A DNA stretch of 60,924 nt from Bacteroidales bacterium. GTDB taxonomy: Bacteria; Bacteroidota; Bacteroidia; Bacteroidales; UBA7960. Shown one piece after another: positions 1 to 8,953 of the stretch. The stretch is from assembly GCA_041690235.1 (NCBI GenBank), contig JAWLHS010000002.1:1-60924 (forward strand), in the 5' to 3' direction. A model generated the notes under the pieces. It was not told the DNA's origin. It saw only the letters and a list, made by a program, of their open reading frames with translations, and did not search any database. The position numbers and the translations under genes were made by a program. Within the stretch, counting starts at the first letter, position 1. Each line of letters begins with the position of its first letter.

Positions 1-412
1 CCGGAAAACCATACAACTGGTGCCAGTCCCGGCTTCCGCTGGTGGACTTGAAGGCTGTAAGCTGGATAAAGGACAGGTGGCTGCGGAGCAAATGCTCCAG
101 GGACTTGCTGTGGGGCCAGAGGTTGCCGTAGTGAAAACCGGCCTCCCAAAACAACCCTTCATCAAACATTGACGTGTTTAAACCCGGGCCCCCTTCACCC
201 TCCTGTTCCGGTATGGGGGTCCGGACCAGGGTTATTGACTTTTTTGGAAAGACTGGCTGGACCGCGGACGGTGGATCTTCCGGTGTGGAAAACTGTTCCA
301 CTGCCATGACCAGCGGTACTTCCAGCAGGGTAAGCCGTTCCTGTACCCGGGCATAACCTTTGAAAACAAGGCAGGGGATGAACACAAGGATGGCAAGAAT
401 GCGCAACAGCAT
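1..412 (-). CDS. Hypothetical membrane-anchored protein, N-terminal part only (C-terminus lies beyond the window edge); possibly acyloxyacyl-hydrolase/PagL-like
   Basis: Absent from the ORF track because it runs off the window. Reading the minus strand from the ATG at 412-410 gives 137 stop-free codons (MLLRILAILVFIPCLVFKGY...GFHYGNLWPHSKSLEHLLRSHLSF...DWHQLYGFP). The N-terminus is hydrophobic. The function guess rests only on a remembered HYG..PHS..HL motif. Confidence 0.5.
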   Translation of the reverse strand, partial: MLLRILAILVFIPCLVFKGYARVQERLTLLEVPLVMAVEQFSTPEDPPSAVQPVFPKKSITLVRTPIPEQEGEGGPGLNTSMFDEGLFWEAGFHYGNLWPHSKSLEHLLRSHLSFIQLTAFKSTSGSRDWHQLYGFP

Positions 413-533
413 GTTTTGTTTTTTATGCCCCGGCCTGATTGCCTGAGGAAATAATGGCCGGGCCATTTCAAATATACGACATTTTGTAAGGGCCCTTGCT
501 TAAGATATTGTGCTTACCTTTGCAGAAAAATGC

Positions 534-1313
534 ATGATGGACAAACGCCTTGCCGCTTTTAAGCAGCTTCTTGATATAATGGATGAACTGCGGGAAAAAT
601 GCCCGTGGGACAAAAAACAGACCCTGGAAAGTCTTCGCCATCTGACGATAGAAGAAACCTATGAACTGGCCGACGCGATCATCGAGAACGATCTCGATGA
701 GATCAGGAAGGAACTCGGAGATCTGTTGCTGCATATCGTGTTTTATGCAAAAATTGGAAGTGAAACAGGGGCATTTGACATACAGGATGTACTGGAAGGC
801 ATCAACAAGAAACTCATTATCCGGCATCCGCATATTTATGGGGACATAAAGGTGGAAAATGATCAGCAGGTGAAGGAGAACTGGGAAAAGATCAAACTCA
901 GGGAAGGTGGAAGGAATGTGCTTTCAGGTGTGCCCGCTTCCCTGCCGGCCATGATTAAGGCTTACCGGATCCAGGACAAAGCGAGGGGAGTGGGTTTTGA
1001 CTGGGATAAGCCGGAACAGGTTTTTGAAAAGGTTCTGGAGGAGTTGAACGAATTAAAGGCCGAGATTGAAAAAGGGGGAGATCATGCCCATATTGAACAG
1101 GAGTTTGGGGATCTGATGTTTGCTTTGATCAACTATTCCAGGTTCATCAACGTGAATCCTGAAAATGCCCTGGAGCGGACCAATAAAAAGTTTATCCGGC
1201 GATTTGAGCATCTGGAAGCCGGGGCGAAGAAGGCTGGCAGGGATATGAAAAGAATGAGTCTGGAAGAAATGGATCATTTTTGGAATGAAGCCAAAGGCCT
1301 GGAGGGAGCCTGA
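534..1313 (+). CDS. mazG: Nucleoside triphosphate pyrophosphohydrolase MazG
   Basis: The ORF 510..1313 translation shows tandem MazG-type domains (LREKCPWDKKQTLESLRHLTIEETYELADAI; EQEFGDLMFALINYSRF). The first in-frame ATG is at 534. Confidence 0.9.
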   Translation: MMDKRLAAFKQLLDIMDELREKCPWDKKQTLESLRHLTIEETYELADAIIENDLDEIRKELGDLLLHIVFYAKIGSETGAFDIQDVLEGINKKLIIRHPHIYGDIKVENDQQVKENWEKIKLREGGRNVLSGVPASLPAMIKAYRIQDKARGVGFDWDKPEQVFEKVLEELNELKAEIEKGGDHAHIEQEFGDLMFALINYSRFINVNPENALERTNKKFIRRFEHLEAGAKKAGRDMKRMSLEEMDHFWNEAKGLEGA

Positions 1314-1317
1314 CGCA

Positions 1318-1773
1318 TCACGACTTTTTCTGTGACAGGAACAATTCAAAGTCGAAAAAAAAGTCCCTCTCCTGTTTACCCAACTTTTCACCCACGAAAA
1401 AAGCAGCCTGAACATAAGGGGTCTTTCTCATTTTGGCCAGCAATTCTTCAACATCAAACTGGTCGCTGGAGTTCCTGAGCAGAAACAGGTAGTCGAGCGT
1501 CTTTGGCTCGGAAAACAGGCTTTGCCCCTCCGCTTTATTGGAAACAAGCATAAAGTCGATGAGTTGCCTTTCGTTTTTGTACCGGTATACAGGAAAATCC
1601 ACTGCCGCTTTCTGGTGTTGCGGAGTATAATGAAAATCCCGCATACGTCTTAATTCCACCTCCAGGTGTTTGTTCAGCAGCCAGCACAGACGGTAGTCCT
1701 TCTGCTGACTGCAAATGCCAATGGCCTGGAATGGGTGTTTGAACTCCAGATTCAGTATGAGTTTCTTTGCCAT
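1318..1773 (-). CDS. IPExxxVDY family protein (Bacteroidota-specific, function unknown)
   Basis: A 151-aa ORF immediately downstream of rnc, the usual position of this family. It carries a motif variant FSEPKTLDY (E, D and Y conserved). Confidence 0.7.
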   Translation of the reverse strand: MAKKLILNLEFKHPFQAIGICSQQKDYRLCWLLNKHLEVELRRMRDFHYTPQHQKAAVDFPVYRYKNERQLIDFMLVSNKAEGQSLFSEPKTLDYLFLLRNSSDQFDVEELLAKMRKTPYVQAAFFVGEKLGKQERDFFFDFELFLSQKKS

Positions 1774-1776
1774 GGG

Positions 1777-2508
1777 TTACCCTTCTTCAAAAAGTTTCTC
1801 CCAGGCCTTTTGTGCAGCCTGTTGCTCCGCCTTTTTGATCGATAAATCCTTCCCAACCCCTGTTTCCTTTCCGTCGATCTCCAGGCGAACCACATAAAGT
1901 TTGTTTTTCTTTCCGTTATCCTGCTCTTCTACCAAGCGAAACTCGGCGGTTTTTTTCTCCTTTTGTGACCATTCAATGATTCTGCTCTTAAAGTTGATTT
2001 CGGTTGCCATCAGTTCATCAACGTCGAGATGGGTTTGAATGATCTGGTTCACGATTACTTTTTGGGCAAAGCGATAACCCTTGTCCAGGTAAACCGCTCC
2101 GACAAACGCCTCAAAGGCGTCTCCCAAAATAGAAGAATGGGTTACGTTGTTGTCTTTGCTGGCCTCCACAAGTTTGTCGATACCAAGCTTGCGCGACAGG
2201 CTGTTCAGGTTGTTGCGGCTGACAATTCGCGAGCGCATTTCGGTAAGGAAACCTTCGTCCCTGAACGGGAATTTTTTAAAAAGAAAGTCAGCCACAACCG
2301 ATCCAAGAACGGCATCACCCAAGTATTCCAGGCGTTCATTGCTGTGCCGGAACCCATTATTCAGTGAGGGGGCCATCGACTTGTGGCAAAATGCCAGCTT
2401 GTAAAGGGAAAGGTTGCCCGGCTGGTAACCAAACATATTCTTTATGGCTTCCTGCAATTCCTTTTCAGGAGCCTTCTTCTTTCGTGAGATGGATGCGAAA
2501 AGCCGCAA
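1777..2508 (-). CDS. rnc: Ribonuclease III
   Basis: RNase III signature ERLEYLGDAVLG plus a C-terminal dsRBD-like region (GKDLSIKKAEQQAAQKA). Confidence 0.95.
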   Translation of the reverse strand: MRLFASISRKKKAPEKELQEAIKNMFGYQPGNLSLYKLAFCHKSMAPSLNNGFRHSNERLEYLGDAVLGSVVADFLFKKFPFRDEGFLTEMRSRIVSRNNLNSLSRKLGIDKLVEASKDNNVTHSSILGDAFEAFVGAVYLDKGYRFAQKVIVNQIIQTHLDVDELMATEINFKSRIIEWSQKEKKTAEFRLVEEQDNGKKNKLYVVRLEIDGKETGVGKDLSIKKAEQQAAQKAWEKLFEEG

Positions 2509-2517
2509 AATGATTAT

Positions 2518-3771
2518 CTAAGATGTAAACTTCTTAAACGCGATGCAGGCGTTGTGGCCCCCAAATCCAAACGTATTGCTAAGGGCCAGGTTCACCCGCC
2601 GCTCTTTGGCTTTACCAAATGTAAAGTCCAGTTTGTCGTCGATCTCGGGGTCAAGGTTGAAATGGTTGATGGTGGGCGGCACGATATCGTGCTTAATGGC
2701 CAGGACGGTAGCAATGGCTTCGGCCGCTCCGGCGGCGCCAAGTAAATGACCGGTCATCGACTTGGTGGAATTGATGCTGATCTTATAGGCATGCTCACCG
2801 AATAAGGTGACAATGGCCCTGGGTTCGGCGATGTCTCCGAGTGGCGTCGAGGTTCCGTGCGTATTGATATGGTCCACCTCGTCCAGGCGGTTCCCGCAGT
2901 CTTCAACGGCATTCTTCATGACAATCATGGCGCCGCGGCCCTGGGGATGCGGACTGGTCATGTGGTAGGCATCTGCCGACATGCCACCGCCAACTACCTC
3001 GGCGTAAATTCTGGCGCCACGCTTTTTGGCGTGCTCCAACTCTTCAAATATTAAGGTTCCGGCCCCTTCGCCCATTACAAAACCGTCACGGTCCCTGTCA
3101 AAGGGGCGGGAGGCGGTGGCCGGATCATCATTGCGTTCGGAGATGGCGTGCATGGCGCTGAATCCTCCCACGCCTGCTTTGTTGATCGCGGCTTCTGATC
3201 CCCCGGATACAAAAACGTCCGCCTTGCCCAGTCGAATCAGGTTAAAACAGTCAACCAACGCATTCGCTGCAGAGGCACAGGCCGAAGTTGTCGTGTAGTT
3301 CGGACCGGCCAGGCCGTATTTAATGGATATATGGCCAGCCGCAATATCGGCGATCATCTTGGGAATAAAAAATGGACTGAACCTTGGGGTTCCATCGCCT
3401 TTGGCATAGTCCACGATCGATTCCAGAAAAGTCTCCAGTCCGCCGATCCCACTTCCCCAAATCACGCCAACCCTGTCCAGGTCGGTGCTCTCAAGATCCA
3501 AGCCGGAGTCCTTCAGGGCCTCCTCTGTGGAGATCATCGCATACTGGGTGAAAGGGTCGTATTTGCGAATTTCCTTGCGGTCAAAAAAAGTAGCAAAATC
3601 AAAATTCTTGATTTCGCAGGCAAACTGGGTTTTAAACCTGGATGCGTCAAAACGGGTGATCGGAGCGGAACCGCTGACTCCATTAAGCAAACCGTTCCAG
3701 AAATCCGGAACGGTATTGCCTATTGGAGTAAGAGCGCCAAGTCCTGTGACGACTACTCTTTTAAGGTTCAT
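2518..3771 (-). CDS. fabF: Beta-ketoacyl-ACP synthase II
   Basis: 417 aa with an active-site Cys context (TTSACASAANAL) and the HGTSTPLGD and NTFGFGGHN motifs typical of KAS II. Located directly downstream of acpP. Confidence 0.95.
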   Translation of the reverse strand: MNLKRVVVTGLGALTPIGNTVPDFWNGLLNGVSGSAPITRFDASRFKTQFACEIKNFDFATFFDRKEIRKYDPFTQYAMISTEEALKDSGLDLESTDLDRVGVIWGSGIGGLETFLESIVDYAKGDGTPRFSPFFIPKMIADIAAGHISIKYGLAGPNYTTTSACASAANALVDCFNLIRLGKADVFVSGGSEAAINKAGVGGFSAMHAISERNDDPATASRPFDRDRDGFVMGEGAGTLIFEELEHAKKRGARIYAEVVGGGMSADAYHMTSPHPQGRGAMIVMKNAVEDCGNRLDEVDHINTHGTSTPLGDIAEPRAIVTLFGEHAYKISINSTKSMTGHLLGAAGAAEAIATVLAIKHDIVPPTINHFNLDPEIDDKLDFTFGKAKERRVNLALSNTFGFGGHNACIAFKKFTS

Positions 3772-3787
3772 TTAAATCAGCTTAGGG

Positions 3788-4024
3788 TTACTTGTTGGCG
3801 TTCTCAATATAAGAAATTGCATCACCCACAGTGCTGATTTTTTCTGCCTGATCGTCAGGAATGGCCAGGTTGAATTCCTTTTCGAATTCCATAATGAGCT
3901 CGACGGTATCCAAAGAATCGGCACCCAGATCGTTGGTGAAACTGGCTTCAGGTGTTACTTCTTTTTCATCCACACCAAGCTTATCAACAATGATCGCTTT
4001 TACTCTTGTTGTAATGTCAGACAT
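3788..4024 (-). CDS. acpP: Acyl carrier protein
   Basis: 78 aa with the phosphopantetheine attachment motif [17 protein letters not shown] canonical AAGGAG lies 6 nt upstream of the ATG on the minus strand. Confidence 0.97.
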   Translation of the reverse strand: MSDITTRVKAIIVDKLGVDEKEVTPEASFTNDLGADSLDTVELIMEFEKEFNLAIPDDQAEKISTVGDAISYIENANK

Positions 4025-4268
4025 GATTTTCTCCTTTTTTTGTTTAAAACAGGATGCAAAGAAAAAACTTTAATTGATCAAAACCAACTTTTTTATCTTC
4101 AATTTAGCATAAACTGCTGTAATCTATTGTATTGCAATTTTTTGCGAACAACTAAATCCTTAGTTTACGGGTCGTTTTTATGGTCTTTTTCGTCGGATGG
4201 GACCGTATTGTCCGTGCAATTCATGCTGCTCAGGCAGCCTGGACGGCCTGTTTCAATCCCTTTTATGT

Positions 4269-4907
4269 TCAACCGTCCCTTTTTCCAGCGGTCTCCTGGT
4301 TTGGTTTTCCATCCGACGGTGAATCCAATAAAACATACATTTCAACCACCTCAGGAAAGTGTTTATATTCAAGCTGATGAATCTTTTCGGCAAGTGTTTC
4401 GGGCGTGTCCGTCGGATGCACCGGAACCCTGGCCTGAAACAACACCTTGCCTTCGTCGTAGAACGCATTCACCCGGTGGATGCTGATGCCGCTTTCACTG
4501 GCACCGGAATCGATGACCGCGCGGTGAACATGCATGCCATACATTCCCTTTCCACCGAAGGCGGGCAGTAAGGCCGGATGAATGTTTAGGATGCGCTTTG
4601 GGAACATCTCTATCAAACCCGCAGGAATCATTCTCAGGAATCCGGCCAGGACCAGGTAGTCGATCCGGTAAGCGGAAAAAACCTGGGCGGGACGGCCGGC
4701 ATCCTTCCAGAGCGGGCCCGGGATGACCTCTCCGGGAATCTTGTGATTGCGGGCCCGCTCCAGGACAAAGGCCTTTTCCCTGTCGCTGACCACCAGGGCG
4801 ATTTTTATTGTCGGATGCTTATGAAAGTATTGAATGAAGTTTTCCACATTGGTACCACTGCCCGAAGCCAGCATGGCGATATTTACGTGGTTTTTCATAT
4901 TGGTCAT
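4269..4907 (-). CDS. purN: Phosphoribosylglycinamide formyltransferase
   Basis: SGSGTN near the N-terminus, plus NIHPALLP and ISIHRV motifs of PurN. The start could be the ATG at 4907 or at 4898. Confidence 0.9.
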   Translation of the reverse strand: MTNMKNHVNIAMLASGSGTNVENFIQYFHKHPTIKIALVVSDREKAFVLERARNHKIPGEVIPGPLWKDAGRPAQVFSAYRIDYLVLAGFLRMIPAGLIEMFPKRILNIHPALLPAFGGKGMYGMHVHRAVIDSGASESGISIHRVNAFYDEGKVLFQARVPVHPTDTPETLAEKIHQLEYKHFPEVVEMYVLLDSPSDGKPNQETAGKRDG

Positions 4908-4942
4908 GCCTTAAATGGATGATTTCCGGTTTGTGTTCAGCG

Positions 4943-5091
4943 CAATGGCTGGCCGCGATTGCAGGGTCCAGCCCATAGGAGCGCGGTGAGCGCATGTCGT
5001 GATTCCAGGGTCCGGCCCACAGGAGCGCGTTTCGAGCTGCGCCTGCCCTTCGGCCAGCCAATGCTCTCACCGCGCTCCTGTGGGCCGGACC
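4943..5091. repeat. GC-rich intergenic block of direct and inverted repeats (REP/BIME-like or structured RNA/terminator)
   Basis: ggtccggcccacaggagcgcg at 5009-5029 is the perfect reverse complement of 5071-5091. A third copy at 4965-4995 matches the reverse complement of 5061-5091 at 28/31 positions. The sub-repeat caatggctggccg (4943-4955) matches the reverse complement of 5051-5063 at 12/13. Confidence 0.8.
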
Positions 5092-5167
5092 AACGTTCAG
5101 GCCCTAATGGGCCGGATCCTGGTCCGGGCAGAACGGGCACCGCTGGACTGGCCTGTGCCATTCACCT

Positions 5168-7222
5168 TCATTCATTGAGGGCACTGACAGCCACGGCTGC
5201 AGCATCAATCATCGGGGTGGCCGAAAGGGGCTGTCCGACGGCTTCCATCATCCATTGTTGCGGAATGAGCCGGCCAAGGGCAAAGACCCTGTCTGTTTCG
5301 TCAGCCAGGTTTTTCCCGCGAAACTGCTCTTCGAGCTGGAATTCAATCAACTTGCCCAGGGGGTAGGCGCTCAGATACAGGGGATAACTGATCATATGCG
5401 AATAAATGGCCAGGACGGGGGAATCTGCCACCCCGAAAACGGGGGCGTAATACTGGTTCCACACCCTTTCGGCGGTGGAAATGACTTCATCCCTGAGCTG
5501 TGAAGGGGTTGCATCCGGATTGTCGTACATCCACTGCCATACTTCCATGTCGACAAGCGACACACCCATGATCTCGTATGTGTCCCATATTTTATCGAGG
5601 GTTTTCAGGTGTGCGGCTGCCGGTTCCGTGTCGGTGATGCCCAGAAGACCCAGGTCGCGCGACTGAAAAATAAACGCCAAGGCCTCTGTAAAAGCCGTAT
5701 TGGGTACCCCGTTCATGATATAATAATCCACATCGTGGAGGCTGATGGTCTGCTCTACATTATGACCAAATTCATGGATGGCGATGTTATATCCCTTATA
5801 ATCCATCCCCCCTGTCCCGATGCGCGTGCGAAGGTGTGAGTTTTGGCTGCGCATGGCGGCACCCCAGGCATGTCCTGCGCCGCGCGCGGATTCTACCACG
5901 ACCTTTGACGCAATTTGCCCGGCGCGTTCCGGGTCCCAGCCCAGGTTTATCATAATGTTCGGAAGGTCATTCTCAAAGGCTTCCCGGTCGGGGTAACGTT
6001 CTCCAACCATGCGGTCGAGTTCTTCTTCCGAAACCACACTCCTGGCTTTGAATCCATCGTACCAGATATCAAAGGGCTCCAGGGGCCGCCCCAGCCGCCG
6101 GCTGATCAATGCTCCAACTTCAGCAAGCACCGGGCTGCCCGCCAGTTCCGCAAACAATGCCGCCACCTCCGGCTGGGTTAATTCCAGTCCCTGGTTGAAC
6201 GCCCGTTGTATGGCCGTGGGATAACTGGGCGAATAGGGATCAGCCGCCCGGCTGGCATGGAAGTTGTCTAGCAGATGCTGGTAGCGGGTGTCTGGTTCCG
6301 GAGTGGTTTCAATGGGTTCACCCTGGCGAAAAACCTGGTTGGAGAATGGGTTCCATTCCACTTCCCCGTTGTTGATCACCAATTCCGGAATGTCCTGCCG
6401 GATGATTCGCTCCATGACCCGGTAGATCATCCGCTGACGGGGAAGGCCGTCCGCATTCCCATAATTGGATTTGATTTCGTCGCGCAAACCCCAATGCGAA
6501 ATCAGGCGCATGTTTTCAGGGAACAGGCGATTGCCGGTTTCATCAAGCAGCTGGTCCATTACAATATTGTATTCAGACACATAGTTGTCGGATGCCGTTG
6601 AAACCCTTGCGGCTTCCTGGTTGACGGTGGCCGGCACCCTGGAGGTGTAAATGTCGCCCATGCGCGCATAGGCCCAGTCCAGGCGATCCCACCCTCCGGC
6701 TTTTTCAGCCTTTTCTTCCAGCGCATAAAATGGAAAGTTCAGGATGGTCAGAAAGGCAATGCGGTTGCTGAATAAATCATCCGTAAGGTGGGCTGAAGGG
6801 GAGAAACTGCCGAACATTACATCCACTGCTTCAATGGGGCCTGCATCCAGGTGCAGGGCTTTGTTCAGTTCAAGGCCCATCTGATTAAAATGGCCCCAGA
6901 TTTTTTCATAATTGAACGATAGCTTCTCAAAAAGGATTTCACGCCCATTGTGGTCACCCACGTAATTTTCGAGACAGAACGCCTTAAAATCCTCCGGGTT
7001 TCCGTCCTTTTCCGTCCAGAAAGCCGCAACCTGGGAAACCCCTTTCCCGATGCGTTCTTGTTGCTGGTTTCCAAACTCATTGATCAGTTCGGCAATGACC
7101 AGATCAATGGTCCCTTGTGGAATGACACCCATGGTTTCTTCCTTTTGCTTGCCAGTTTCTGATGTGCAGCCAGCCAAAAGCAGGCCTGTAATCATGATGG
7201 CGGTTAAAAATGACTTTTTCAT
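5168..7222 (-). CDS. Putative zinc metallopeptidase lipoprotein (gluzincin-type HEFGH motif)
   Basis: The N-terminus MKKSFLTAIMITGLLLAGC is a lipoprotein signal with a lipobox Cys. HEFGHNVEQ is followed about 28 residues later by FTEALAF, giving an HExxH...E arrangement. The exact peptidase family was not recognised. Confidence 0.6.
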   Translation of the reverse strand: MKKSFLTAIMITGLLLAGCTSETGKQKEETMGVIPQGTIDLVIAELINEFGNQQQERIGKGVSQVAAFWTEKDGNPEDFKAFCLENYVGDHNGREILFEKLSFNYEKIWGHFNQMGLELNKALHLDAGPIEAVDVMFGSFSPSAHLTDDLFSNRIAFLTILNFPFYALEEKAEKAGGWDRLDWAYARMGDIYTSRVPATVNQEAARVSTASDNYVSEYNIVMDQLLDETGNRLFPENMRLISHWGLRDEIKSNYGNADGLPRQRMIYRVMERIIRQDIPELVINNGEVEWNPFSNQVFRQGEPIETTPEPDTRYQHLLDNFHASRAADPYSPSYPTAIQRAFNQGLELTQPEVAALFAELAGSPVLAEVGALISRRLGRPLEPFDIWYDGFKARSVVSEEELDRMVGERYPDREAFENDLPNIMINLGWDPERAGQIASKVVVESARGAGHAWGAAMRSQNSHLRTRIGTGGMDYKGYNIAIHEFGHNVEQTISLHDVDYYIMNGVPNTAFTEALAFIFQSRDLGLLGITDTEPAAAHLKTLDKIWDTYEIMGVSLVDMEVWQWMYDNPDATPSQLRDEVISTAERVWNQYYAPVFGVADSPVLAIYSHMISYPLYLSAYPLGKLIEFQLEEQFRGKNLADETDRVFALGRLIPQQWMMEAVGQPLSATPMIDAAAVAVSALNE

Positions 7223-7234
7223 TGTTTTCAGTTC

Positions 7235-7777
7235 TTAATAATGGTTGTAAGAAACCATTTCTTCCAATGGCTTCCTGATTTTCTTTCGCTGTTTGTCGTG
7301 GGCGGGATAACCCAGGCTGATGAGCAGGGGGATGCGCTTCTTTTGGGGAATCTTCAGCAACTGCCGGGCTTTTTTCTCGTCGAACCACCCGATCATGCAG
7401 GATCCCAGTCCCAGCTCGGCGGCCTGCAGGCAGAAGTGCTCCGCCACAATGCCGATGTCTATCAGGGAAAAGTTCTTGTCCTTGACCGAACCCCCTATGG
7501 TCGACAACCAGGATGGGGGCTCGGCCACCAATGCCACCATGACCGGAGCCTGCAGGCAGAAACGGTTGAATTTCAGCATGGGGCCCACGGTGGTCCTGGC
7601 CAGTTCCTCCCTCAAGCGGGGTTCATCGACCACGACAAACTTCCAGGGCTGGCTGTTGCAGGCCGAGGGGGCCAGGCGGCAAGCCTCCATGATCAGTGTA
7701 ATTTTGTCTCTTTCGACCGGTTTCGCATCGTAGCTCCGGCAACTATTCCTGTGATGGATCAAGTCCCTAAAGTCCAT
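7235..7777 (-). CDS. Nitroreductase family protein
   Basis: RNSCRSYDAKPV and APSACNSQPWKFVVV are typical nitroreductase-fold N-terminal motifs. Length is 180 aa. Confidence 0.85.
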   Translation of the reverse strand: MDFRDLIHHRNSCRSYDAKPVERDKITLIMEACRLAPSACNSQPWKFVVVDEPRLREELARTTVGPMLKFNRFCLQAPVMVALVAEPPSWLSTIGGSVKDKNFSLIDIGIVAEHFCLQAAELGLGSCMIGWFDEKKARQLLKIPQKKRIPLLISLGYPAHDKQRKKIRKPLEEMVSYNHY

Positions 7778-7818
7778 AAAACCAAAAATAATACAAATCT
7801 CCCGGTTTTCCCCTCTGC

Positions 7819-8937
7819 TTAGCTTGTTTTTCTGTAGCTAAGCACGGCCCAGCCATTAAAAAATATGGCAAACCCTGCCAGGGCGAGGAAGGGGGTGACC
7901 AAATCGCCAAAACCGCTTCCCTTAAGGTAAACCTGGCGCATGACCTGGATAAAGTATCTCAGCGGACTCAGGCGGCTGAGTAGCTGAGCCCAGTCGGGCA
8001 TGCTGTTAACTGGAGTGTACAAGCCGCTCATCAGGACGAAAGTGATCACGAAGAAAAACATCATAAACATGGCTTGCTGTATGCTGTTTGCGTAATTCGA
8101 AATGACCAGCCCGAAGCCGGATATGGCCAGCACAAACACCGAGGCAAACAAATAAATGGTAAACAGCCTCCCCTCCGGGATCAGTCCCCAGAAACACCGT
8201 GCCACCCCGAAGCATATCGTGAGTACGACAAAACCAATGATCCAGTAAGGAATCAGCTTGGAAAGGATGAAGCTGAGTTTGCTGATGGGCGTTACATTGA
8301 TTTGTTCTATGGTGCCTGTTTCTTTTTCTCCCACGATGTTCAGGGCAGGCAAAAACCCACACAGCATGGCAAGCAGCATGACCATCAGGGCGGGAACCAT
8401 GAATACCGGGTAATCCAACAGGGGATTGTACCAGTAGCGTGGAATAATCTCCAGGCCGGGCGGCCCGGCAGCGGCACCGGAAGGCCACCCCCCGGATTGT
8501 TTAATCTCCTGATCGAACCCTTTGATTATTGCGGCAAGGTAGGCACTCCCCAGCACCCCTTTGGTTCCGTTCACTGAGTTGGCGGAGATCATCAGTTTTT
8601 CACATTGCTCTCTCACCAGGTTTTTTTCGAAGTCAGGAGGAATTTCCAGTATGATGTCTGCCAGGTCAAGCTCAATAAACTGAAGGGCTTCACTGTAGCT
8701 GTCCGTTCTTTCGCTGAGGATGAAATACCCGGAGGCCGATACCTTACGGACAAGCGAACGGGAAAAGGGACTGTTGTCATTGTCCACCACACACAACCGG
8801 ATGTTCTTTATTTCAAAATTGGCGGCCAGTGGTATCAACAGCAAAACCACCAGGGGAAACACGAAGATCATGCGGGGAAGGAATCTGTTCCGCATCATCT
8901 GTTTGAATTCTTTTTCTATGAGATATTTCAGTACCAT
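7819..8937 (-). CDS. ABC-2 type transporter permease (YbhR/YbhS-like)
   Basis: An N-terminal TM helix, a large extracytoplasmic loop, then about 5 C-terminal TM segments. It is the last gene of the efflux operon. Confidence 0.8.
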   Translation of the reverse strand: MVLKYLIEKEFKQMMRNRFLPRMIFVFPLVVLLLIPLAANFEIKNIRLCVVDNDNSPFSRSLVRKVSASGYFILSERTDSYSEALQFIELDLADIILEIPPDFEKNLVREQCEKLMISANSVNGTKGVLGSAYLAAIIKGFDQEIKQSGGWPSGAAAGPPGLEIIPRYWYNPLLDYPVFMVPALMVMLLAMLCGFLPALNIVGEKETGTIEQINVTPISKLSFILSKLIPYWIIGFVVLTICFGVARCFWGLIPEGRLFTIYLFASVFVLAISGFGLVISNYANSIQQAMFMMFFFVITFVLMSGLYTPVNSMPDWAQLLSRLSPLRYFIQVMRQVYLKGSGFGDLVTPFLALAGFAIFFNGWAVLSYRKTS

Positions 8938-8953
8938 AGATTTTAACTTGGTG

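Noticed and set aside
174-471. ORFs 174..356 (+) and 232..471 (-) at the window start
   Set aside because: A longer stop-free minus-strand frame runs from ATG 412 to the window edge. Its protein-like sequence, with a hydrophobic N-terminus and conserved-looking motifs, explains this region better.
4025-4268. 244-bp acpP-purN spacer examined for a tRNA, small RNA or riboswitch
   Set aside because: I could find no cloverleaf-compatible arms, no conserved riboswitch cores and no convincing stem-loops by eye. It is most simply the acpP promoter and leader plus the purN 3' region.
4819-5366. Three overlapping ORFs in the ORF track (4819..5070 -, 4937..5161 -, 4959..5366 +) covering the GC-rich spacer
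   Set aside because: Their translations are Arg/Pro/Gly/Ala-rich low-complexity strings. They are generated by the direct and inverted repeat block itself, and they overlap each other and neighbouring real genes. They are better explained as non-coding repeat sequence.
7241-7822. 193-aa ORF fully antisense to the nitroreductase gene
   Set aside because: It is a typical shadow ORF on the opposite strand of a well-supported gene, with a Gly/Gln/Leu/Pro-biased composition and no recognisable motif. The same reasoning rejects the other long antisense ORFs: 3331..3837, 17966..18532, 21230..21952, 36972..37529, 46459..47232, 49241..49897, 54318..54971 and 57246..57851.
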